A stretch of DNA of 60,829 bases from Algicola sp. (GCA_013216025.1 JABSOG010000010.1:1-60829); one strand, 5' to 3'; positions 45,310 through 56,081 are shown, counted from the first letter of the stretch. The notes: generated by a model not told the origin, from the letters alone. Translations and numbers: made by a program.

Positions 45310-46341
45310 TCAGGCTCTATTGTCAATGCGTTGTTTGGCATTGGCAATGGCTTGATTGAATTTCTGTTCGAACACTTCTTTTGACGGCAATCCCGTTAAA
45401 TACTCGGCTACATGAATGCTGCTTTTATCCAATTCTAGTAATTCAATTTGCTCTTGGTTTTTGTCTGAACATAAAATAATGCCCAGTGGCGGCAGTTCAT
45501 CAGGCTCTTGTTCGTGTTTAGCCAGCCAGCGTAGATACAGTTCCATCTGGCCTTTATACTCGGCTTTGAACCGACCGATCTTTAAATCTATGGCTACCAG
45601 TCGTTTTATTTTCCTATTATAGAATAAAAGGTCAATGTAAAAATCATCTTGCCCGATTTGCAATCGCTTTTGACGGGCGATAAAAGTGAAACCTGCGCCG
45701 AGTTCCAGCAAGAATTGCTGCATTTCGCGTAAAATAGCATCTTCGATGTCTTTTTCGAGGTAAGTGTCATTGAGCTCTAAAAAGTCGAGTACGTAAGGGT
45801 CTTTTAATATCAAATCCTCGTTGACTTTACCCTGTTCTCTGAGCTGTGTGAGTTCAAGGACTATAGTGTCTTCGGGTTTTTTCGAAATGGCCGTACGCTC
45901 AAATAGTAGCGAGTCGATGCGTTCATTCAGGGTGCGAGTTGACCAGCGTTCTTGTACGGCCATAGTTATGTAAAACTCTCTTTTGAGCGGCTCGTCAATA
46001 TAAATGAGAGACTTTAGATGCGTCCAACTCAATTGTCTCCGCACTGCGGAGACAATTTGTTCCTCTGCAAAAGATTCGGAAAATTTGAGGCAATGACGTA
46101 GCTGTTGTGAACTCCAGCCTTTACCAAATTGTACTGTAAGCGACTTTGCCAACCTTGCTATAACTTGCTTGCCATAATCTGCTCGCTCACTTTTAAGCAC
46201 TTCTTGAGAAACCCGGCAGCCAACCTGCCAATATAATAAAGTCAACTCAGCATTTACCGCCACCGCCGCACGTTGTTTTGCGCTTTGAATCAGTGCCTTA
46301 ATATCTGCTGCAAGATTGGTATCTATATTGGATTGGCTCAT
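45310..46341 (-). CDS. YhcG/DUF1016 PDDEXK nuclease family protein
   Basis: 343 aa. C-terminal YIDLLFYNRKIKRLVAIDLKIGRF..YKGQMELYL is the PD-(D/E)XK core typical of DUF1016. Confidence 0.8.
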   Translation of the reverse strand: MSQSNIDTNLAADIKALIQSAKQRAAVAVNAELTLLYWQVGCRVSQEVLKSERADYGKQVIARLAKSLTVQFGKGWSSQQLRHCLKFSESFAEEQIVSAVRRQLSWTHLKSLIYIDEPLKREFYITMAVQERWSTRTLNERIDSLLFERTAISKKPEDTIVLELTQLREQGKVNEDLILKDPYVLDFLELNDTYLEKDIEDAILREMQQFLLELGAGFTFIARQKRLQIGQDDFYIDLLFYNRKIKRLVAIDLKIGRFKAEYKGQMELYLRWLAKHEQEPDELPPLGIILCSDKNQEQIELLELDKSSIHVAEYLTGLPSKEVFEQKFNQAIANAKQRIDNRA

Positions 46342-46432
46342 GGGATATCGCCCCTATTTACTTGTGCCGTTTGGCAGCGGTAATGACAATATTACATGAT
46401 AAACTGCTGGATTAAAACCCAGTAGTTAATTG

Positions 46433-47215
46433 TCACCGATAACGGCAAATAACACGATAAAGTTTTTGATTGTCCTTGTGCGCAGCCAGTACTTTTTTCA
46501 ACCGCTGTTTGGGGATCCCATATTTCATCGCCGCAATTGCACAGGCCATGGCGGCGATGGTGTCGGTATCATTGCCATAGGCCAGCGCTTTGTTCAGAGT
46601 GCTTTCAAAGTTTTTGCCATCAATAACCGCCTGCATGGCTGGTGGCACAGATTCTACCGCTTGTAGTGAACAATTATACTTTCGCCCAGCTTCGGGCATG
46701 AGCGCTTGGAGGTAGAGTTTGGGTAAGGAGTCGAGACTTTTGCCTTGTTTTGCTAAAAATACAGCCAGTGCGATGGTTACTGCGCCTGCCACAGCCTCGG
46801 GATGTTTATGGGTGAGTTGACATTGCAAAGTGGCGAGTTTTATCACCTGCGCAGCATCTTTACCATAACAACCAATACATGCCACTCGCATGGCAGCACC
46901 ATTGCCGAACGAATCTTTACGAGTGGGTTTGTCTTGTAGAAAATCAGCTTGTCCGGCACCGTAGCCGCGTTGTGGCCCACTGAAAACCCCCTGCAATTGA
47001 ACTTTTAAGTTCTTCAAACTGTGATCGCCACTGGCCAGCCAGTTGGCAATGCCCAGTGCCTGTTCGGTATCGTCGGTGTACGGGCCAATCGCGTTGCCGG
47101 TGACCATGCGCCCTTCGTACGGGCTGCCACAGGCATCGCCGATGAGGATGCCGGTTAGCACCGTTTGGAAACGGCAGCGGCTGGTGAATTTATTGAGAAA
47201 AGAGAATAGTGTCAT
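46433..47215 (-). CDS. ADP-ribosylglycohydrolase family protein
   Basis: GDACGSPYEG, DDTEQ and GNDTDTIAAMA metal-site motifs. Confidence 0.8.
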   Translation of the reverse strand: MTLFSFLNKFTSRCRFQTVLTGILIGDACGSPYEGRMVTGNAIGPYTDDTEQALGIANWLASGDHSLKNLKVQLQGVFSGPQRGYGAGQADFLQDKPTRKDSFGNGAAMRVACIGCYGKDAAQVIKLATLQCQLTHKHPEAVAGAVTIALAVFLAKQGKSLDSLPKLYLQALMPEAGRKYNCSLQAVESVPPAMQAVIDGKNFESTLNKALAYGNDTDTIAAMACAIAAMKYGIPKQRLKKVLAAHKDNQKLYRVICRYR

Positions 47216-47276
47216 GACCTTTTAAGTATAGGCCATTCTTCTGGGGCGGTTCGTTGAGTGCAGTGGCGTGATTGTA

Positions 47277-47561
47277 TTATTTAACCCAATAATTGGGCTT
47301 TCGACGTTGATGAGAGACGGCAAGAATTAAGATGTGGTCGGGCTCTATTGAGTAGAGCAATTTGTAGGGAAACTTGTACAATCGGCATTTTCTTATATCA
47401 TCCCGTTCAATAGGTAAAGCTTTGGGATATTGAGCTACTCTAAGCGCGGCTTTTTTGACTTCTTGTTTAAATCGACTGCCCAATCCTGATTCTTTATCTT
47501 CATAGTAATCAATGGCGTCTTTCAATTCTAATTGGGCAAACCTAGCGAACAATACTTTCAT
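47277..47561 (-). CDS. Type II toxin, RelE/ParE family
   Basis: 94 aa. A....L..A..YY........RF......A...V...P.....E....IR......FPY.L.Y......I.ILAV.H.RR.P pattern. Confidence 0.8.
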   Translation of the reverse strand: MKVLFARFAQLELKDAIDYYEDKESGLGSRFKQEVKKAALRVAQYPKALPIERDDIRKCRLYKFPYKLLYSIEPDHILILAVSHQRRKPNYWVK

Positions 47562-47565
47562 GTGA

Positions 47566-47769
47566 TTACTCGGTGAATATTTCTTCCATGGGCACCGCTT
47601 CTAGCCGCCCTTCGCGGTAGGCTTTTAATCTTTTTTGAGCTTCATTAGCCCAAATATTGTCTATGGTTTGGTTGGGTTCATCAAGGCTTGCCAATAAACC
47701 TTCAATGATCACAAATCGCTCTTGTGGATCTAGCGCCAAGACTTTGTTGAGTAATTCTTTGCTGCCCAT
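47566..47769 (-). CDS. Addiction-module antitoxin (TIGR02574-like)
   Basis: 67 aa with L.L.P.ER......L..SL........IW..E...R...Y..G. A 4-nt gap separates it from the toxin gene. Confidence 0.75.
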   Translation of the reverse strand: MGSKELLNKVLALDPQERFVIIEGLLASLDEPNQTIDNIWANEAQKRLKAYREGRLEAVPMEEIFTE

Positions 47770-47911
47770 GATGATTTCTCCTGTTCTATTCTATTGAGTT
47801 TAACGTTTTGCTTCAGTCAATCAAAGTAGTTTTGGCGTTAACGATTGTCAAACCGACTAAATCCACAGCCTTGCGCACCGCATTATTTTGCCGACAAATC
47901 CCTGTAACCCA

Positions 47912-47948
47912 TCAAAAAAGGCCGCCCAGTTAAATTGGCGGCCTTTAT
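47912..47948 (-). terminator. Rho-independent terminator after metF
   Basis: 10-bp stem aaaggccgcc / ggcggccttt, followed on the minus strand by T6. Confidence 0.7.
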
Positions 47949-47982
47949 GTTTTCATGGATGGACTGTTGATTTTAAAGTCGA

Positions 47983-48927
47983 CTAAACAAATCGTTCAAT
48001 AACCTTGGCCACCGACTTGGCATCATTCATCACGTAAAAATGGACACCCGGCAGACCTGAGGCCAATAATTCATCCGTTTGTTTGATGGCGTGAGCGATG
48101 CCCAGTTCAACAACGTGTTTGGGATTTTCGAGTACTTCGTTGACAAAATCGTCTGGGAAGTTAACGTAGAAATGACGCGGGATTGACTGTAATTGTTTTA
48201 CCGAACGGATGATTTTAATGCCCGGGATGATAGGGACATTAATATCTGCCGCTTGACACTCTTTGACAAAATTGAAGTAGTTTTTGTTGTCATAAAACAT
48301 CTGGGTGGTGACATAGTCTGCGCCAGCATCAATCTTTCTTTTGAGGTTGACGATGTCGGTTTGCAGGTTTGGCGCTTCAAAGTGTTTTTCTGGATAACCG
48401 GCCACACCCACACAAAAATCGAGCTTGACACAGTCAGCTATCTCGTCAAGAAATTCACCGTTTTTAAGTTGGTTGACCTGTTCGACCAAATCACTGGCAT
48501 ATTGGTTGATCGTGCGGGTTTTGGAGATCTTTTTGTTGTAGTTGGGGCCATCGCCTTTTAACGCCAAGATGTTGTGAATGCCCAAATAATTAAGCTCTAT
48601 CAGCGCATCTTCGGTTTCTTCTTTACTGAATCCGCTGCACAACAAGTGGGTGACGGTATCGATTTTGAAGCGGTTTTGAATAACACCGCAAATGCCGATG
48701 GTACCCGGACGTTTTTTGTAAATTCGTCTTTCGACAGTGCCATCTTCACGTTCGTTGTAAAACGCACCAGAAGGATGTGAGGTTACATCAATCCATGGCG
48801 GATTGTACGGCGCTAAAATTTTAACCACATCAACAATATCTTGAATTGAACGACCCCGTGGCGGCGGCACGATTTCAAAACTGAACAGCGGGTTAGTGGC
48901 TTTGTCTATATGTTCTATAACTTTCAT
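47983..48927 (-). CDS. metF: 5,10-methylenetetrahydrofolate reductase
   Basis: 314 aa. FSFEIVPPPRG, ILALKGD, GVAGYPEKH, LKRKIDAGADY..TQ motifs. 60 nt downstream of metH. Confidence 0.85.
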   Translation of the reverse strand: MKVIEHIDKATNPLFSFEIVPPPRGRSIQDIVDVVKILAPYNPPWIDVTSHPSGAFYNEREDGTVERRIYKKRPGTIGICGVIQNRFKIDTVTHLLCSGFSKEETEDALIELNYLGIHNILALKGDGPNYNKKISKTRTINQYASDLVEQVNQLKNGEFLDEIADCVKLDFCVGVAGYPEKHFEAPNLQTDIVNLKRKIDAGADYVTTQMFYDNKNYFNFVKECQAADINVPIIPGIKIIRSVKQLQSIPRHFYVNFPDDFVNEVLENPKHVVELGIAHAIKQTDELLASGLPGVHFYVMNDAKSVAKVIERFV

Positions 48928-48987
48928 GTTGTTCTCTTGCTTGCACGTTTGATTTTAATAATTATTTTAACTTCAATTGGGTGTCGA

Positions 48988-51900
48988 TTAGGCAGCATGA
49001 CTTTGCTGTGCCTGACCCGGCTCGTAGTCCAGGTTCGAGGCCAACCAGCGCTCGGCTTCTTCGAGCGTCAATTGCGCGCGTTTGGCATAATCAATCACTT
49101 GTTCTTCGGTAATTTTTGCTACCGCAAAATATTTCGATTCGGGGTGGGCAAAATACCAACCACTAACAGCAGCCCCCGGCCACATGGCGTAACTGGTGGT
49201 CAGTTGCATCCCAATGTTCTGTTCTACATTTAACATGTTCCACAATAAGCCCTTTTCAGTGTGCTCTGGACACGCCGGATAACCCGGTGCAGGGCGAATG
49301 CCTTGATATTTTTCGCGAATAAGTGAGTCGTTATCTAAGGTTTCGTCTTTGGCATAACCCCAGTACTTGATGCGAATTTGCTGATGCAGATATTCAGCCA
49401 GCGCTTCGGCCAGACGGTCACAAATCGCTTTAAGCAAAATGCTGTTGTAGCTGTCGTGATTGGCGTCATATTGTGCAACCAGTTCATCGGCACCAAATCC
49501 GGCTGATACCGCAAAGGCACCAATATAATCTTCAATGCCTGAATGCTCTGGTGCAACATAATCGCTCAAACAGCGGTTAAATTGGCCTGCGGGTTTTTTG
49601 CTTTGTTGACGTAACTGATGAATCACCTGCTTGACCTGTGTTCGTGCTTCATCTTCATAAATGGTGATGTCGTCACCGCTTCTATTGGCCGGGAACAGGC
49701 CAAATACCGCTTTGGCACCCACTGACTTGTTGGCGATGATTTGGTCGAGCATTTCGTTGGCATCATTAAACAAATCGGTGGCGGTTTCGCCAATTAATTC
49801 GTGAGTGAGAATTTTCGGATATTTACCCGTCAGCTGCCAAGTCATGAAAAACGGGGTCCAGTCGATATATTCACGCACCGTGGCCAAACACACATCATCG
49901 AGCACGGTTACACCAAGTTGTTGTGGTTTGACTGGGGTGTAATTGTCAAAGCTTACCGGCACACCATTGGCTCTGGCTTTTTTGAGCGAGATAAGGCTTG
50001 AACGCGGGCCTTTGGCGTAGTGACGCGCCCGAACTTTGTCGTATTCTTTGTCGATGCCAGCCAAAAATTCGGCTTTTCTTTCAGACAGCAGAGTTTGTAC
50101 CACAGACACCGAACGCGAGGCGTTGGCAACGTAAACAACACCATGTTTGTAATGTTGTTGAATTTTCACTGCGGTATGGGCTTTTGAGGTGGTCGCACCG
50201 CCAATCAATAACGGAATGGTGAAACCCTGACGAGTCATTTCTTTGGCAACGTGTACCATCTCATCTAGCGATGGGGTGATAAGGCCTGACAAACCAATCA
50301 CATCGCACTTTTGTTCTATGGCGGTCTGCAAGATTTTTTCACAAGATACCATCACGCCCAAGTCGACGATTTCGTAGTTGTTGCACTGCAATACCACACC
50401 AACAATGTTTTTGCCGATGTCATGCACATCGCCTTTCACGGTTGCCATTAAGATTTTGCCGTTGGTGCTGATCTCAGTTTTTTCGAGTTCGATAAAGGGT
50501 TGTAAATGCGCCACCGCCTGCTTCATTACCCGGGCAGATTTAACCACTTGAGGCAAAAACATTTTGCCTTCGCCAAACAGGTCACCTACCACGTTCATGC
50601 CGTCCATCAAGGGCCCTTCGATAACGTGCAGTGGACGCTCGGCTTCAAGCCTTGCGGCTTCGGTATCTTCAACAATGTAGGTGTTAATACCTTTAACCAA
50701 CGAATGTTCAAGACGTTTTTTGATGGGCAATTCGCGCCAGCTCAAATCCACGGTGCTGCTGTTGGTTCCGCCTTTACCATTGTATTTTTCAGCCATGGTG
50801 AGCATTCTTTCGGTCGCGTCATCATCGCTGTTTTGAATCACGTCTTCTACCGCCAAACGCAAGTCTTCGGGGATATCGGCATAAATGGCCAATTGTCCGG
50901 CGTTGACGATACCCATGTCCATACCCTGCTTGATACAGTGATATAAGAAAACGGCGTGGATCGCCTCGCGTACGGCGTTATTGCCCCTAAATGAGAAAGA
51001 AACGTTAGACACACCGCCCGAGATCATCGCGTGTGGCAAAGTGCGTTTGATTTCGCCTGTTGCTTCAATAAAATCAACTGCGTAGTTGTTGTGTTCTTCA
51101 ATACCGGTGGCCACGGCAAAGATATTGGGGTCGAAAATAATGTCTTGTGGCGGAAAGTTCAGCTCATCCACCAGTATTTTATAAGCGCGTGTACAGATTT
51201 CTACTTTGCGTTCTTTAGTGTCTGCCTGACCCACTTCATCAAAGGCCATAACAATCACTGCCGCACCATAACGGCGCACCAATTCGGCCTGACGGCGGAA
51301 GTTGTCTTCGCCTTCTTTAAGGCTAATGGAGTTAACAATCGATTTGCCTTGAACGCATTTGAGTCCGGCTTCTAGAATGTCCCATTTCGATGAGTCAATC
51401 ATCACGGGCACTTTGGCAATGTCTGGCTCACCGGCAATTAGATTCAAAAAGCGGTGCATCGCTTCTTGCGAATCAAGCATGCCTTCATCCATGTTGATGT
51501 CGATGATCTGCGCGCCGCTTTGCACCTGTTGCAGGGCTACAGAAATAGCATCGTCGTAACGGTCTTGTTTGATCAGCTTTTTGAATTTGGCTGAGCCGGT
51601 CACGTTGGTTCGTTCACCCACGTTGACAAACAATGAGCTGTCTTCAATGGTTAATGCTTCAAGACCCGACAAACGACAGGCCACTTTAATATCGGCTTTG
51701 GCACGCGGTTTAATTCCGGCTACTACTTCGGACATACCTTGAATATGTTCTGGAGTAGTACCACAACAACCACCGACGATGTTCAACATCCCTGATTCAG
51801 CCCATTCTTTGATATGAACATTCATATCGTCAGGCATCAGGTCGTATTCGCCAAAGGCGTTGGGCAAACCGGCGTTGGGGTGAGCAGAAACAGCGCATTC

Positions 51901-52743
51901 GCTGATACGGCTTAACTCTTCAACATATTGACGTAATTCTTTGGGCCCCAATGCACAGTTCAAACCAAAGGATATCGGTTTGGCGTGGGCCAGCGAGTTG
52001 TAAAACGCTTCGGTAGTTTGACCTGACAGAGTACGGCCAGAGGCATCGGTGATGGTGCCCGAGATCATTACCGGGTAACGTTTACCTAGGTCGGCATAAA
52101 CCTGCTCGACTGCAAAAACAGCCGCTTTGGCGTTAAGGGTGTCGAATATGGTTTCGATAAGAATGATGTCTGCACCGCCTTCAATCAAAGCATGTGTTGA
52201 CTCGATATAAGCGTCTTTTAGTTCATCAAACGTGACATTACGATAAGCTGGGTCGTTCACATCTGGAGATATTGAACAAGTACGGTTTGTTGGACCAAGC
52301 ACACCGGCGACAAAACGGGGTTTGTCAGGGTTTTGTGCGGTGAACTCATCAGCAATTTCGCGGGCCAGTTTGGCCGATTCAAAGTTAATGTCTTTGCTGA
52401 TGGCTTCCATGTCGTAATCGGCCATGGCAATGGTGGTGGCGTTAAACGTATTGGTTTCGATGATATCGGCACCGGCTGCCAGGTATTGACCATGAATGTC
52501 TTTGATGGCTTCGGGCTGAGTCAATGACAATAAGTCATTGTTGCCTTTTAGGTCGCTTGGCCAGTCGGCAAAACGTTCACCACGATAATCCTGCTCAGAA
52601 AACTGATAGCTCTGGATCATAGTACCCATAGCACCATCGAGCACCAAAATACGATTGGCCAGTTGCTGCTCTAGTAAGCCAAATGACTTTGATTGCTTTG
52701 CTGTTTTATCTAAAAGTGGGTTTGTCAAAAGCCTGTACTCCAA
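48988..52743 (-). CDS. metH: Cobalamin-dependent methionine synthase
   Basis: 1251 aa. Hcy-binding [10 protein letters not shown] and GGCCGTTP, pterin-binding domain, B12-binding [11 protein letters not shown]-terminal AdoMet activation domain. Confidence 0.95.
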   Translation of the reverse strand: MEYRLLTNPLLDKTAKQSKSFGLLEQQLANRILVLDGAMGTMIQSYQFSEQDYRGERFADWPSDLKGNNDLLSLTQPEAIKDIHGQYLAAGADIIETNTFNATTIAMADYDMEAISKDINFESAKLAREIADEFTAQNPDKPRFVAGVLGPTNRTCSISPDVNDPAYRNVTFDELKDAYIESTHALIEGGADIILIETIFDTLNAKAAVFAVEQVYADLGKRYPVMISGTITDASGRTLSGQTTEAFYNSLAHAKPISFGLNCALGPKELRQYVEELSRISECAVSAHPNAGLPNAFGEYDLMPDDMNVHIKEWAESGMLNIVGGCCGTTPEHIQGMSEVVAGIKPRAKADIKVACRLSGLEALTIEDSSLFVNVGERTNVTGSAKFKKLIKQDRYDDAISVALQQVQSGAQIIDINMDEGMLDSQEAMHRFLNLIAGEPDIAKVPVMIDSSKWDILEAGLKCVQGKSIVNSISLKEGEDNFRRQAELVRRYGAAVIVMAFDEVGQADTKERKVEICTRAYKILVDELNFPPQDIIFDPNIFAVATGIEEHNNYAVDFIEATGEIKRTLPHAMISGGVSNVSFSFRGNNAVREAIHAVFLYHCIKQGMDMGIVNAGQLAIYADIPEDLRLAVEDVIQNSDDDATERMLTMAEKYNGKGGTNSSTVDLSWRELPIKKRLEHSLVKGINTYIVEDTEAARLEAERPLHVIEGPLMDGMNVVGDLFGEGKMFLPQVVKSARVMKQAVAHLQPFIELEKTEISTNGKILMATVKGDVHDIGKNIVGVVLQCNNYEIVDLGVMVSCEKILQTAIEQKCDVIGLSGLITPSLDEMVHVAKEMTRQGFTIPLLIGGATTSKAHTAVKIQQHYKHGVVYVANASRSVSVVQTLLSERKAEFLAGIDKEYDKVRARHYAKGPRSSLISLKKARANGVPVSFDNYTPVKPQQLGVTVLDDVCLATVREYIDWTPFFMTWQLTGKYPKILTHELIGETATDLFNDANEMLDQIIANKSVGAKAVFGLFPANRSGDDITIYEDEARTQVKQVIHQLRQQSKKPAGQFNRCLSDYVAPEHSGIEDYIGAFAVSAGFGADELVAQYDANHDSYNSILLKAICDRLAEALAEYLHQQIRIKYWGYAKDETLDNDSLIREKYQGIRPAPGYPACPEHTEKGLLWNMLNVEQNIGMQLTTSYAMWPGAAVSGWYFAHPESKYFAVAKITEEQVIDYAKRAQLTLEEAERWLASNLDYEPGQAQQSHAA

Positions 52744-52839
52744 TAACCTGTTCTACGCCGATATTTACCATTGCGTTATGCAATAATTGGGTTTCAAATT
52801 ATTCACAAGAATAATAGAAACCTAAACACCTAACATTGT

Positions 52840-52855
52840 AGGCGTTTAGACGTCT
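52840..52855. promoter_or_regulatory. Candidate MetJ operator (two tandem met boxes) upstream of metH-metF
   Basis: AGGCGTTT (6/8) followed by AGACGTCT (8/8 match to the met-box consensus), about 100 nt upstream of the metH start. Confidence 0.5.
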
Positions 52856-52896
52856 AAAAGGAAGAGGCAAGCACAAACTATCTTAAATCAAGTGGA

Positions 52897-53712
52897 TTAT
52901 GACTGTGGCAAACAATTTTGTGGTAGTAACGAAGGTATTTTACCGGTTGCGTAATAGGCCAGCAGGCCAAGCCATTCTTTGGTGGCCATGTCCAAGTTAC
53001 TCAAGTGTCCAGAAAACGACCAGCTTAAAGTTAAGGAGTGGCCAGGCACAGTCCAATGATCGACAGGGTAGGGCAGCATCGGCCATTGTTGTTGGCAAAA
53101 TAGCCCGACTGAGCGTGGCATATGCCATGCGGTGGTGATCAATATCCAGTTTTCACCCTTGCTGGGTTTGACCATTTGATGGCTTAAGCTGGCATTTTCG
53201 GCAGTATTTCTCGCTTGTGTCTCAAACAGGATTTTACTGACATCCAGACCTTGGCGTTGGTACAGGCGTTTGGCGACATCCGCTTCTTTGTATTGTTGAT
53301 TAGTCAGGCTGCCAGTGCCACCGGTAAACACCAGTTTAGCCTGTGGATAGCGTCTGGCCAAATCCATAAAAGCTAAATTTCGCTCGACGCTGCCGCCAAA
53401 TTCTTCTTGCTGCCAATAATGGCTGCTAAACGCGCGCTCCGAACCGGATAAAACGATAATACCGTCGACTTTTTCAGGTAATTTGGGATTAGTGACAAAG
53501 CGTTGTTCTAGGGGGAGCAACATCCATTGTCCTATCGGTAGTATGGTGATGGAGAGCATCAGTACAGCAAACACCGAAAAGCACTTTTTGGCTGGACCAT
53601 AATGGTTACGTAACAACAAAATCCAGCCGACAAGCATCAATAATACCAAAATCGAAGAGGGCGCGACGAATACCCACAGCGATTTGGACAGCCAATAAAA
53701 CACTGTATCCAT
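52897..53712 (-). CDS. YdcF/DUF218 family membrane-anchored protein
   Basis: Two N-terminal TM helices, then a DUF218-like pattern (IIVLSG, FTGGTG, ARNT.ENA). Confidence 0.75.
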   Translation of the reverse strand: MDTVFYWLSKSLWVFVAPSSILVLLMLVGWILLLRNHYGPAKKCFSVFAVLMLSITILPIGQWMLLPLEQRFVTNPKLPEKVDGIIVLSGSERAFSSHYWQQEEFGGSVERNLAFMDLARRYPQAKLVFTGGTGSLTNQQYKEADVAKRLYQRQGLDVSKILFETQARNTAENASLSHQMVKPSKGENWILITTAWHMPRSVGLFCQQQWPMLPYPVDHWTVPGHSLTLSWSFSGHLSNLDMATKEWLGLLAYYATGKIPSLLPQNCLPQS

Positions 53713-53893
53713 TAATTTTTAACCCCAATTATTTTGTTATCAAGCGTCGTTGTCGCGTTGTTATATGCAAATGCAACGCGCGATTCTAACAAGAATAGCC
53801 TCCGGTCTGAAACAATTCGTCACTTTTTTGTGGTTGTTTGTTATCCATCCGGGTGTTTATATGGTTTATCGATGTAAAAAGGTAAGCTCAGCC

Positions 53894-54337
53894 ATGCTCA
53901 AAGCTATTAACCGGTTTTTAAAACAGCTTTCACCCGAACAACAACAGCAAACCAACCCGCAAAGTGTCGAACTGGCTACGGCTGTATTACTGTTTGAGAT
54001 CATGCGTGCTGATGACGATTTTAATGTGGCTGAACAGCTTGAAGTCAGAACTTTGTTAAAGCGGCATTTTAACTTAAGTGATGACAAAGTTGAGCAAATG
54101 GTCAACGACGCGGGGCAGCAGGCCTCGCAAGCCACCGATTATCATCAGTTTACTCGCTTAATCGTCGAACATTACAGCATTGAACAGCGCAAGGATATTG
54201 TTGAATTGTTGTGGCGAGTAGCCTATGCCGATGACAATCTCGACAGTCACGAAGAACATTTAATCCGTCGTTTGTCCGACTTACTGAGATTGCGTCACAG
54301 TGAGTTTATACAGTGTAAATTAAGAGTTTTAAAGTAA
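53894..54337 (+). CDS. TerB-like (tellurite resistance/DjlA N-terminal type) family protein
   Basis: Start at M49 of the listed ORF. Two-repeat pattern LLFEIMRADDDF...E and LLWRVAYADDNLDSHEEHLIRRL. Confidence 0.7.
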   Translation: MLKAINRFLKQLSPEQQQQTNPQSVELATAVLLFEIMRADDDFNVAEQLEVRTLLKRHFNLSDDKVEQMVNDAGQQASQATDYHQFTRLIVEHYSIEQRKDIVELLWRVAYADDNLDSHEEHLIRRLSDLLRLRHSEFIQCKLRVLK

Positions 54338-54388
54338 TTTACTTGTAAATCAATAGTTTATGTATTTATTTAACTAAAGTAACTTCCG

Positions 54389-54553
54389 TTAAGTGTCAGT
54401 ATAAGTGTCAGTTTCAACATTCAATTCAATGGTGAATTCGGGCATCACCTGATCTGCTTCATCTAATGCGGTTCTGATAGCGCTCTCAAAATCCAGTTTT
54501 GACAGCTTCATTTCGTCCAACTCGTGCTGCATCACACCGATTTTTATTTTCAT
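54389..54553 (-). CDS. Hypothetical small phage-like protein (54 aa, not in the ORF track)
   Basis: ATG preceded by a gagg SD. MKIKIGVMQHELDEMKLSKL.... Confidence 0.35.
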   Translation of the reverse strand: MKIKIGVMQHELDEMKLSKLDFESAIRTALDEADQVMPEFTIELNVETDTYTDT

Positions 54554-54571
54554 TTGGCTACCTCTATGCTG

Positions 54572-54742
54572 TTATGGTGCAACCACCGCTTTGATGTCAT
54601 CAGACGACAAACCGCTTTCAGCAACCATTTCTATAATTTCACCGGCTGCGATTAACGATGCGCGTTCGCCCATGCCGTCTTTCATTAGCAACATTCTGAT
54701 TTCCCCTTGTAGCGCCATCACTTTTTCTTGTTTTTCATTCAC
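54572..54742 (-). CDS. Hypothetical small phage-like protein (56 aa, GTG start, not in the ORF track)
   Basis: GGAG lies 8 nt upstream of the GTG. NEKQEKVMALQGEIRMLLMK.... Confidence 0.35.
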   Translation of the reverse strand: MNEKQEKVMALQGEIRMLLMKDGMGERASLIAAGEIIEMVAESGLSSDDIKAVVAP

Positions 54743-54775
54743 AATTTATTCTCCATCCAGACCGAGTCTGGGGTG

Positions 54776-54982
54776 TTATGCCGCACTAGCGGCGGTTGGG
54801 TTTGCCAATTTTTGACTCTGCGCGTGCAGCTCAACAGCAATGGTAAACGCCGTCTCAGATTTGCATAAATCACAGATGACAGAATGCTTGCCGCCATCTA
54901 CCACTTTTTCAGACGGAATGTTGCAACTCAAATGCTGCCCGCAACCATCTTTTTGGCATGTTACGTACACATGGTTTGCCAT
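54776..54982 (-). CDS. Small Cys4 zinc-ribbon-like protein
   Basis: Start at MANHVYVTCQKDGCGQ (GGAGG SD). A second Cys pair is CDLC. Confidence 0.5.
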   Translation of the reverse strand: MANHVYVTCQKDGCGQHLSCNIPSEKVVDGGKHSVICDLCKSETAFTIAVELHAQSQKLANPTAASAA

Positions 54983-55002
54983 GTTAAAGTCCTCCAATCT
55001 GG

Positions 55003-55257
55003 TTAGTCTTCGTGCGTTACAGTATCAAATAATTTTTGGGCTGCTGCTCTATCATTTACGGCCCTATCCAAAAACGGCCTAAATGCTCCACTAACGACAC
55101 GAGTCAAACCATCGATATTTTGGTATTTTTCGCCGTCTTGGTTTTCAATATCCAGCGCCCAAAGGTCATTTTTTAAAAGCTCAAGCTGCACACTTTTGCA
55201 ATAACGAGACAATGCGCTCAGCATCTGATCAACAGTAAAGCCCGAATATTTAAACAT
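55003..55257 (-). CDS. Hypothetical phage-like protein
   Basis: 84-aa ORF with an agagga SD. No recognisable motif. Confidence 0.45.
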   Translation of the reverse strand: MFKYSGFTVDQMLSALSRYCKSVQLELLKNDLWALDIENQDGEKYQNIDGLTRVVSGAFRPFLDRAVNDRAAAQKLFDTVTHED

Positions 55258-55293
55258 TATCTATCCTCTTTGGTTAGTTTCGGTGCGTATAAA

Positions 55294-55626
55294 CTAAAAT
55301 TCAGCTGATTTATGCCAAACTTCCAACACCCTACCTTTGTATTTAATATAAGCCCATGGAAGACCAATATATTTATCATATGCCAAAAGCGCATCATCAA
55401 GAGTTTCAAAATTCTCGATGTATTTAATGTCTCTTTCGTTGCCGTCATTCTTACCGGCTACCACTGTAAATTTTTTCATTGAATCCCACTGGGGTGTTTT
55501 GGCGCACTTGGCGCCATAAATGTTTAGATGGCGCCATCTTTCAAAATATGTAGCCAACTGGTTAGTTTTTCGGTTATTTAGGTAGGTACCAATGCTTTTT
55601 AATTGACCCACCAATCGATGTGGCAT
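55294..55626 (-). CDS. Hypothetical protein (start uncertain; alternative ATG at 55479)
   Basis: 110-aa ORF overlapping the upstream ORF by 53 nt. The shorter 61-aa version avoids the overlap. Confidence 0.35.
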   Translation of the reverse strand: MPHRLVGQLKSIGTYLNNRKTNQLATYFERWRHLNIYGAKCAKTPQWDSMKKFTVVAGKNDGNERDIKYIENFETLDDALLAYDKYIGLPWAYIKYKGRVLEVWHKSAEF

Positions 55627-55972
55627 TGATGATCACGCCGTCATAAATAAACTTTGGTATCCGCGAAATGTTCCACAGAAACATGATGGCAAACAAAATA
55701 GGCGCAAAGATGATCATTGTAATACGCCGCGCGAAAGCATTTTGTATTTTCGCTATGCCCGGGACCGTTGTCGTTTTGTTTTTGACCACATGCAACAACA
55801 GCCCATTAGTCCCATCTGTAGCTATTTTGGCGCTACACACAACAGGGTTGCCGGGACAATTGACCCTAATCTCTCGGTCGCCGTTTAGCCGGCGGGTGAT
55901 TGCATTTAGCTCATTGATATCCAATTTATAGCCCCTCTTTGGTTTTGCGCTATTAAACGCTACTACCCACAA
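55574..55972 (-). CDS. Hypothetical membrane protein (TTG start; alternative TTG at about 55924)
   Basis: One clear TM segment (ITMIIFAPILFAIMFLW). Start codon uncertain. Confidence 0.35.
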   Translation of the reverse strand: MWVVAFNSAKPKRGYKLDINELNAITRRLNGDREIRVNCPGNPVVCSAKIATDGTNGLLLHVVKNKTTTVPGIAKIQNAFARRITMIIFAPILFAIMFLWNISRIPKFIYDGVIINATSIGGSIKKHWYLPK

Positions 55973-56081
55973 AACCCCTTACGGGGCAATGTGGGGGCCA
56001 TCTTGTGGAGAGCAGCCTCTGGGGTGTTTTGATGCGTTTAAGCACCGTGAATTTTGTAACGTATGCGTAACGGTGACACGG

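Noticed and set aside
52744-52896. Cobalamin or SAM riboswitch in the metH leader
   Set aside because: The leader is only about 150 nt and A+T-rich. It has none of the conserved B12-box or SAM-I helices that I can recognise.
54340-54400. Phage attachment site at the terB / phage-like junction
   Set aside because: No matching repeat exists elsewhere in the window and no integrase is adjacent. The site cannot be defined without the other end of the element.
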